IMG/VR virus record: IMGVR_UViG_3300032239_000553
Span: 1-31,819 of that record
Strand: one strand, 5' to 3'
DNA: 31,819 bases
Origin: a virus
Lineage: Duplodnaviria; Caudoviricetes
Part shown: one piece after another, positions 25,913 through 31,819 of the stretch
Numbering within the stretch: the first letter of the stretch is position 1
How the letters are laid out: the number at the start of each line of letters is the position of its first letter
The notes under the pieces: model-generated
Told to the model about the DNA's origin: nothing
Database searches by the model: none
Seen by the model: the letters and a program-made list of their open reading frames with translations, nothing else
Made by a program: the position numbers and the translations under genes

Positions 25913-28471
25913 ATGGCTTCCCTCGAAATTACTCTTTCTTACGGATACCCCCAAGGGTCGATTGTCGCCGCGCTTGGCGTTCCCGGACAGCGGGGCGAAA
26001 AGGGCGATAAAGGTGATCAAGGGATTCAAGGTATCCAAGGGATCCAAGGGATCCAAGGGATCCAAGGCGACCGCGGCGAAAAAGGCGACAAGGGCGACCA
26101 AGGCGACCCCGGAGCTGGAATAATCCCCGGCGGGACGACTGGGCAAGCATTAGTCAAAGCATCCTCGGACGATTATGACACCGAGTGGGCAAATGTATCC
26201 TCGGCAGACAAGTTGCCGTTGGCTGGCGGGACGATGGATGATAACGCTCATATTTATTTCGTATCAAATCTTACGGACGGGCTTGCTGGAATTGATTTCA
26301 ACGGGGTATTTGTTCGAGATAATGCTAATTCGGATAATGTTTCTAATTTCTTCCCGACTGAGATTTCAGTTAAGTATCTTAATGTCGGGACAACCTTGAC
26401 GGCGGCTGGTGTTACTTTTCCGGATAATACGGTACAGACTACGGCCTACACTGGCGGTGGCGGTGGATCATACCTTCCGCTGGCTGGCGGGACGATGACA
26501 GGGGCAATTACTTTTGATGGCACTTCTGGTCAGTATATCAGCAAGGGTAATTTCGATACGTCGCGCGGCGGCAATTACGGCATCAGTTTAGTATGCTCCA
26601 TTGGCTATGAGTTTAATTGGCAAGCCGGCTGGCTGACGACTACTGAACAGTCCAGCGTCACGCCTCGACCGCTTTACCTCGACTCTCTGGCCGGGACGAC
26701 GCTTCGCGCTTGGAACAGTTCCACCAGCAATGGAACGGAAGTCTCACACACCGGCATCACCTTTCCGGACGCAACCGTCCAGAGTTCTGCGGCCTTCGTT
26801 CCAGGCAGCGGAGACTTGAACCTTCAGGGTTACTCGATCACCGACGGAAACTTCAGCTCTCCGGCTGGACAGGTGTCGGCGCAGAACGTGACGATGTCCT
26901 CTGGCGGCGTCCTGACGTTCGGAGACTCGACCGTCCAGACCACGGCCTACACAGGCGGCGGTGGCGGTGGATTGCCTGTGGTAAGAATTGCTGACTCAAA
27001 TATGCAACCAAGTTGGGGGTATGTCACGATGACGGCTCCGGCCTATTGCATCCCGATGTTTTCTCCTACGCATACGGATATTTTAAACGGCGCGTATGTA
27101 ACAGGGTTTAATTATATTAATGATCCTGCCGGAGATTATTCACTATTTTTTACGGGTTGCACCGCCCTTTCCTATGCCCAAGTCAACGGCAACGCATCAA
27201 TGACGTCTGCTCCAGATTTCAGCGGTTGCACCGCTCTTTACTCCGCCTACGTCAACGGCAACGCATCGATGACGACTGCTCCGTTGTTTAATGGTTGCAC
27301 GTCCCTTAACGACGCCTACGTCAGCAACAACGAATTGATGACGGATGCACCATACTTCAGCGGACTGACCGCTCTTTACGCCGCCTCCGTCTCCGGCAAC
27401 GCATCGATGACGACTGCTCCGTCGTTCAGCGGTTGCGCGTCCCTTAACACCGCTTACGTCGCCGGCAACGCATCGATGACTACTGCTCCCGATTTTACTG
27501 GACTGACTGCCCTTTCCGATGCCCAAGTTTACAGCAACGCATCAATGACGACTGCCCCAGATTTCAGCGGTTGCACGTCCCTTTACAACGCCACCGTAAT
27601 TTACAACTCATCGATGACGTCTGCTCCCGACTTTACTGGCCTGACGTCCCTTTACAACGCCTACGTCTACGGCAACGCATCAATGACGACTGCCCCAGAT
27701 TTCAGCGGTTGCACGTCCCTTTACAACGCCTACGTCTACAGCAACGCATCAATGACGACTGCCCCAGATTTCAGCGGTTGCACGTCCCTTTACAACGCTC
27801 AAGTCTACGACAACGCCTCGATGACGACTGCTCCAGATTTCACTGGCCTAACTGCCCTTTACACCGCCACCGTCAACAGCAACGCATCGATGACGTCTGC
27901 ACCGTCGTTCAGCGGTTGCTACGTTCTTAACACCGCCAACGTCTCCAGCAACGCATTGATGACGTCTGCTCCAGATTTCGGCGGTTGCACCGCTCTTTAC
28001 TCCGCCACCGTCAGCAACAACGCCGTTATGACGACTGTTCCGGATTTTACTGGACTGACTGCTCTTAACACCGCCAACGTAAGTTACAACTCATCGATGA
28101 CGTCTGCTCCCGACTTTACTGGCCTGACGTCCCTTTACAACGCCTACGTCAACGACAACGCATCAATGACGACTGCACCGTCGTTCAGCGGTTGCTACGC
28201 TCTTTACTCCGCCACCGTCAACAACAACGCATTGATGACGACTGCCCCGGACTTTACTGGACTGACCGCTCTTAACACCGCCAACATTAGCGCTTGTGCC
28301 ATTTCAGATACCTCAATACTTACCGCACTCCAACAGGTATATGATTACGCATATGCAAACGCTGGATACTTTGACTGCTCCGGCGGAACCAACGCTTCGT
28401 TAGATCCTGCCGCTATTGAAATCACTCAACTCCAAGACGCTGGCTGGACAGTCGTTTTTAACTCTCTATAA
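25913..28471 (+). CDS. Fibre / receptor-binding protein: collagen stalk, modular spacers, C-terminal LRR (BspA-like) array
   Basis: 15 G-X-Y triplets, GGTTGQAL.K.S..DYDT.W motif, LPLAGGTM x2, 16+ copies of a 23-aa FxGCTxL repeat. Confidence 0.85.
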   Translation: MASLEITLSYGYPQGSIVAALGVPGQRGEKGDKGDQGIQGIQGIQGIQGIQGDRGEKGDKGDQGDPGAGIIPGGTTGQALVKASSDDYDTEWANVSSADKLPLAGGTMDDNAHIYFVSNLTDGLAGIDFNGVFVRDNANSDNVSNFFPTEISVKYLNVGTTLTAAGVTFPDNTVQTTAYTGGGGGSYLPLAGGTMTGAITFDGTSGQYISKGNFDTSRGGNYGISLVCSIGYEFNWQAGWLTTTEQSSVTPRPLYLDSLAGTTLRAWNSSTSNGTEVSHTGITFPDATVQSSAAFVPGSGDLNLQGYSITDGNFSSPAGQVSAQNVTMSSGGVLTFGDSTVQTTAYTGGGGGGLPVVRIADSNMQPSWGYVTMTAPAYCIPMFSPTHTDILNGAYVTGFNYINDPAGDYSLFFTGCTALSYAQVNGNASMTSAPDFSGCTALYSAYVNGNASMTTAPLFNGCTSLNDAYVSNNELMTDAPYFSGLTALYAASVSGNASMTTAPSFSGCASLNTAYVAGNASMTTAPDFTGLTALSDAQVYSNASMTTAPDFSGCTSLYNATVIYNSSMTSAPDFTGLTSLYNAYVYGNASMTTAPDFSGCTSLYNAYVYSNASMTTAPDFSGCTSLYNAQVYDNASMTTAPDFTGLTALYTATVNSNASMTSAPSFSGCYVLNTANVSSNALMTSAPDFGGCTALYSATVSNNAVMTTVPDFTGLTALNTANVSYNSSMTSAPDFTGLTSLYNAYVNDNASMTTAPSFSGCYALYSATVNNNALMTTAPDFTGLTALNTANISACAISDTSILTALQQVYDYAYANAGYFDCSGGTNASLDPAAIEITQLQDAGWTVVFNSL
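25976..26110 (+). repeat. Collagen-like G-X-Y repeat (15 triplets; 5x GIQ from a near-perfect 9-bp repeat)
   Basis: GVP GQR GEK GDK GDQ (GIQ)5 GDR GEK GDK GDQ GDP. Confidence 0.95.
27149..28288 (+). repeat. 69-bp tandem array, 16 full units plus a partial 17th, encoding 23-aa LRRs
   Basis: Units start at 27149+69n; consensus F(S/T)G(C/L)T(S/A)LxxAxVxxNASMT(T/S)APD. Confidence 0.97.
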
Positions 28472-28474
28472 TTT

Positions 28475-28669
28475 ATGCCACGCTACATCTTCAATCCAAA
28501 CCCAAAGGGCGATAAAGTTAAAGACGCCGTCCGTGGTTTCCTCTACACCATCAAGGACGACAAGGCCGCCATCGCCACCAAGTTGCCCATCTTGACCACG
28601 GACGATGGCATAACGGATTATGTTGATCCGAACACTCCGGCTAAGCCTGTCGCTCAACCCCCTAAATAG
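28475..28669 (+). CDS. Small hypothetical protein (64 aa)
   Basis: ATG 3 bp after the fibre stop; phage-like codon usage. Confidence 0.65.
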   Translation: MPRYIFNPNPKGDKVKDAVRGFLYTIKDDKAAIATKLPILTTDDGITDYVDPNTPAKPVAQPPK

Positions 28670-28676
28670 TCATACT

Positions 28677-28817
28677 ATGTTTTACCTCCTCTCCGTCGGC
28701 ACCGCTTTCCTTCTCGGCTTTATCTCCGGCTACCTCGTCCTGCGTAACAACGCCGTCAAAGCCAGCTCGACCGAAGCCAAAGGCAAAGCCCTCCTCGACG
28801 CGCTCAAAGGGAAATAA
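28677..28817 (+). CDS. Small single-pass membrane protein (46 aa), lysis-associated candidate
   Basis: MFYLLSVGTAFLLGFISGYLVL followed by a basic tail. Confidence 0.7.
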   Translation: MFYLLSVGTAFLLGFISGYLVLRNNAVKASSTEAKGKALLDALKGK

Positions 28818-28829
28818 GACCGTTTTAAG

Positions 28830-29576
28830 ATGCGTCTGATTTTGGTCATAGGTTTGTTGACGATCAGCGGATGCTCCCTTTGGTCTGGCAAGCCGTCTGC
28901 CGAAATACCCCCGCAACCCGATGCACCTATCGGCGGGGTCATGTCAAAATTAGGCGATGAAATCGACAAATCCGAATCTCGCCTTGCCGCCGCCGTCCAA
29001 GTCGCCTCGGAAGCCAACGCCGCCGGAAAGCCCACCGTGGTCGCCGCCGAACTCTCCGTGGCGAAATCATACCTCCCAACTCCGGCCTCCGGCGATTATG
29101 CTTACGCAAAACTTCGCTCGGACAAGGGCGACCCAAAAGAATACGAAGCCGCCCAGGCCGCTGGCAAGCGTCTCCTTGCCATTGTGGATAGCCAATGGGC
29201 TAAGATGGAAGCTGACCAATTTGAAGCCAAGAGGGTGTCTAATTTAAAGGACAAGGCCATCGCCGATTTGAAAACCGAAGTGGAGCGAGTCCGTCACGAA
29301 GGCATTACCAATCTATTCACCGCCGCCGGAGCCGGGTTGTTTGTCATCGGCGCGCTATGCTTGGCTTTCTTTTCTAAGACCGCCGGGGTTTGCCTCATGG
29401 CGGCAGGAGCCGCCGCCGGAAGCGTGCCGTTCGTCATTGGCTCGGCCTACTTCCATTTGATTGCCTCGGTCGGCCTCGGGGTCGCCGTGGTCATGGGCTT
29501 GTCCTATCTTTGGTGGGTCATTCGCAAAGCGGAAAAACCGCCGGAGGATAAACCCGATGGCGAAACGAAAGCCTAA
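28830..29576 (+). CDS. Lipoprotein with C-terminal transmembrane helices, candidate unimolecular spanin
   Basis: MRLILVIGLLTISG-C lipobox, helical middle, three hydrophobic C-terminal segments. Confidence 0.6.
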   Translation: MRLILVIGLLTISGCSLWSGKPSAEIPPQPDAPIGGVMSKLGDEIDKSESRLAAAVQVASEANAAGKPTVVAAELSVAKSYLPTPASGDYAYAKLRSDKGDPKEYEAAQAAGKRLLAIVDSQWAKMEADQFEAKRVSNLKDKAIADLKTEVERVRHEGITNLFTAAGAGLFVIGALCLAFFSKTAGVCLMAAGAAAGSVPFVIGSAYFHLIASVGLGVAVVMGLSYLWWVIRKAEKPPEDKPDGETKA

Positions 29577-29841
29577 AATTGTTTTTCGGAAGTTAGGTCG
29601 GGAGAAATGTTGGGGGCAAGCCCACCAAGACCCCGATGATCCGTTGGTGGAGATTGACCCCCGCCTTGGTGCAAAACGTCAGCTTGAGGTTTTGTGTCAC
29701 GAGGTTTGTCATCTAATTTGGCCCGGGATGGCGGAGAGGCAAGTGGACTCAGCCGGGAAGCAACTGTCCGATGTTCTATGGCGGCAGAATTACCGCCGAG
29801 TGCTGTTAGATAAGAACGACCACCCTCCAAGGATATCGTAA
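29557..29841 (+). CDS. Small HExxH zinc-metallopeptidase-like protein (94 aa)
   Basis: WG.A......IDPRL....LEVLCHEVCH...E..V. Confidence 0.7.
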   Translation: MAKRKPKIVFRKLGREKCWGQAHQDPDDPLVEIDPRLGAKRQLEVLCHEVCHLIWPGMAERQVDSAGKQLSDVLWRQNYRRVLLDKNDHPPRIS

Positions 29842-30209
29842 TGGCTTCATCCCCGATAGATCCATCCGATATTCCGCAAGGAGTTAGGGACGGCGTAATC
29901 GCAAGCATCCTTGGAGCATTGGCGATGACCGCACGATTGCTTTTGTCAGAAACCCCGGTGTCGGCAGGGTGGGTTATCCGTAGGGTGTGCGCGGCGGCAA
30001 CGGTGGCGGCCTTGGTTGGCTACGGCATTCAAGACCATATCCAATCTCCTGGCTTGCGGATGGCGGTGGTTGGTGCGGCGGGTTATACCGCTCCAGAATG
30101 TTGTGATTTTCTGATACGCTGGATAAAATCAAAAGGAGAAAGCGAAATTGCAAAAGTCTCCCCAAAGAAAAATGCAAAACGGAAATTATCGGCAAAACGG
30201 AAACGATAA
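29841..30209 (+). CDS. Putative holin (3 TM segments, basic C-terminus)
   Basis: GVIASILGALAM.AR.LL, AAATVAALVGYG, VVGAAGY; Lys/Arg-rich tail; TAATG overlap. Confidence 0.7.
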   Translation: MASSPIDPSDIPQGVRDGVIASILGALAMTARLLLSETPVSAGWVIRRVCAAATVAALVGYGIQDHIQSPGLRMAVVGAAGYTAPECCDFLIRWIKSKGESEIAKVSPKKNAKRKLSAKRKR

Positions 30210-30513
30210 TTTGTTGCTGGCGATTTCGGTGATCGCTGGGATTGCCATGTTGACGGCAATGCTATCGGCGGCAATCTGCGGGTTCGTCTTGGACTCGTTT
30301 CAATCGAGCAATTCGATGGTGATGCTTTTGACCGATGCCGGGGTAAAGTCGGACGACAAGAACCTTGAACGCAATTTAAGCGCGGCGACCGTGGCCTTGA
30401 AAGCGTGCCGGGACTTGGGGTGGGCTTTGGGGGTTGGCTCCGCAGGAGTGGCGGGGGCTATACTTACCCGTCTTTGGAGGCAAAACGCCTCTGGGGGCAA
30501 GCGAGAGGGGTAA
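30172..30513 (+). CDS. Two-TM membrane protein, lysis-associated candidate
   Basis: Two hydrophobic segments (LLLAISVIAGIAMLTAMLSAAICGFVL; LGWALGVGSAGVAGAIL). Confidence 0.6.
   Translation: MQNGNYRQNGNDNLLLAISVIAGIAMLTAMLSAAICGFVLDSFQSSNSMVMLLTDAGVKSDDKNLERNLSAATVALKACRDLGWALGVGSAGVAGAILTRLWRQNASGGKREG
30481..30511. repeat. Inverted copy of the 17716-17746 element
   Basis: CAAAACGCCTCTGGGGGCAAGCGAGAGGGGT, 29/31 to the reverse complement of 17716-17746. Confidence 0.85.
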
Positions 30514-30676
30514 AAAGGGCATCTGGGAGGGGGATGGGGGCGAAGATGGTAATCCCACAAATATGGCGTTTTTGGCTTATTTCATCTTTCTGCAAGATTG
30601 TTGAAAGATTTGCTTGAAGCCGGAGGGATCATGGCTCAACTTATCGATGTTCCCAACAAACCAAACCACAAACATT

Positions 30677-31156
30677 ATGACCACAAACACCACGACCCTC
30701 AACACCGCCCGCATCACCATCAAGTCTTTTAAGACTGTTAAATGGATGAGCGAAGAAACCATCTGCTTCACCGCGTCCGTCCTCATCGACGGCAAAGTGA
30801 TTGGCGAAGCAAGCAACGAAGGCCACGGAGGTTGCACCTTCATCCATTTCATCGGCGATGCTTGTCAGATTTGGGATGCTCACTCCTCACTCATCATCGA
30901 CCATGTCGATACGCTGGCAGATGCTGAAGTGAACAAGAAAGAGATTGCCAGCATCATCGCTAAGATTCGCCGTGATTCAGTTAAGAAGGTTCAATACCTC
31001 AAGACGACTACGCAGAAAGGTTTTGTTGCTGGCTTCAAAAAGGTAACCGACCTTAATCGTGCCAAGGCCGTCGAGCAAGCCAAAGCCAGCCCCGACTTTA
31101 AGATGATGGTTGCCGACATGACTGATGCCGAAATCACCGCTTGGTTTATCGTATAA
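30677..31156 (+). CDS. Hypothetical protein, probable first early gene (159 aa)
   Basis: SEET.CF.AS..IDGK.IG.A.N.GHGG motif; ATG follows a G-free A/C-rich leader. Confidence 0.75.
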   Translation: MTTNTTTLNTARITIKSFKTVKWMSEETICFTASVLIDGKVIGEASNEGHGGCTFIHFIGDACQIWDAHSSLIIDHVDTLADAEVNKKEIASIIAKIRRDSVKKVQYLKTTTQKGFVAGFKKVTDLNRAKAVEQAKASPDFKMMVADMTDAEITAWFIV

Positions 31157-31166
31157 TCTCCCGCAC

Positions 31167-31259
31167 ATGAAACTCCTCGCCTTCACCGTCCTGCTCACCC
31201 TGTTCATCTACTTTCTGGCCGATGGCCCGAACCTGTTGGACATCTTGAATAACTATTAA
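31167..31259 (+). CDS. 30-aa single-TM microprotein (not in the ORF track)
   Basis: MKLLAFTVLLTLFIYFLADGPNLLDILNNY*, fills the gap between two genes with about 10-bp spacers. Confidence 0.65.
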   Translation: MKLLAFTVLLTLFIYFLADGPNLLDILNNY

Positions 31260-31268
31260 TTTCCCACC

Positions 31269-31616
31269 ATGCTCACATCCAATAAGCCAAAAAAACCCAA
31301 AGCCGTCCTTGTCACTGACCGGGCGTTCGTCGATATGCATTTCCGCAAAATCACGAACTTCCGCGAATCCGCTAAACTCAAGGACGCCACAGGCCACGTC
31401 AAAGGCACCGGCTCTTATAGCCTATACGCTGTAGATTTCACCCGTAGCCAAGTCATCGTCCTTGCTGACTCTCCTACGTCATCCGACTTTAACCAATACG
31501 TCACTGCCAAAGCCAAGGCCGATGCCTGTTCTCGTTATGATCACATTATTGAATGGCGCGATGTCGGCAGTCACTCCAATCCCAAGGTCACCGTCCTTGT
31601 CTGGGAACTTGCCTAA
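31269..31616 (+). CDS. Hypothetical early protein (115 aa)
   Basis: ORF in the tightly packed early cluster. Confidence 0.7.
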   Translation: MLTSNKPKKPKAVLVTDRAFVDMHFRKITNFRESAKLKDATGHVKGTGSYSLYAVDFTRSQVIVLADSPTSSDFNQYVTAKAKADACSRYDHIIEWRDVGSHSNPKVTVLVWELA

Positions 31617-31625
31617 TCTCCCGAT

Positions 31626-31819
31626 ATGAACACCATCCGACCCGACCGCCTACCGACCCTCTGGTGGCTTAACCCCTGGCTAACTGTCCGCTACCTGCAC
31701 CGGGCAGTCGGCGCGTTCAAAGCCTACGCCGACAAGGCCGACAAATGCGTCGATTTGCAACAGGCCGTCATCAGCGAACAGTCGAAAGAGATTAAGTATC
31801 TCCGGCAACGCAACGACGA
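31626..31819 (+). CDS. 5' part of the 84-aa hypothetical protein crossing the junction (ends at 184)
   Basis: MNTIRPDRLPTLWWLNPWLTVRYLHRAVGAF... open through the terminal repeat. Confidence 0.75.
   Translation, partial: MNTIRPDRLPTLWWLNPWLTVRYLHRAVGAFKAYADKADKCVDLQQAVISEQSKEIKYLRQRND
31697..31819. repeat. Terminal direct repeat (right copy)
   Basis: Identical to 1-123. Confidence 0.95.

Noticed and set aside
27149-28288. 69-bp array as a CRISPR array, or as part of a complete DGR
   Set aside because: It is in-frame coding with no repeat-spacer alternation and no cas genes. No RT (YxDD-type) ORF or non-coding template repeat is visible, so only a DGR-like signature is claimed.
28371-28390. 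TTGACTGCTCCGGCGGAACC as a sixth late motif
   Set aside because: Only a partial match with altered spacing, inside the fibre coding sequence (FDCSGG).
30600-30650. Early sigma70 promoter upstream of 30677
   Set aside because: A promoter is expected here, but only weak TTGAAG/TTGCTT and poor -10 matches are present, so it cannot be placed.

Overview
The window appears to be one complete, circularly assembled tailed dsDNA bacteriophage genome of about 31,696 bp. Bases 1-123 are identical to 31697-31819, and an 84-aa ORF reads through the junction. All credible genes lie on the + strand. Gene order: small early genes; recombination, nucleotide and replication genes (lysozyme-like protein, RuvC-like resolvase, ERF, RecE-like nuclease, SSB-like protein, dNMP kinase, metallophosphoesterase, DnaB-N/AAA_25 helicase); a sigma70 region-4-like HTH protein; lambda-type packaging and head genes (Nu1-like TerS, gpA TerL, gpW-like protein, portal, S49 protease, scaffold, capsid); a siphovirus-like tail with a short tape measure; a collagen + LRR fibre; and an unusual lysis cassette. 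I saw no integrase, repressor, DNA polymerase, reverse transcriptase, tRNA or CRISPR array. The most notable signals are: (1) a 16-copy 69-bp LRR array in the fibre whose variable positions are almost all NNC codons and whose repeats are mosaic, suggesting a diversified receptor-binding surface; (2) a 16-bp motif TTGACTGTGGCGGAGG present in 5 exact copies in front of structural genes, paired with a phage-encoded sigma-like protein; (3) a dispersed 'RLKAxVERLTKAGD...WNAAK' cassette family; (4) a 31-bp hairpin element repeated in inverted orientation 12.7 kb apart; (5) a lipoprotein with C-terminal membrane helices (u-spanin-like) next to a small HExxH protein. All product calls come from motif recognition and synteny; no database search was run.
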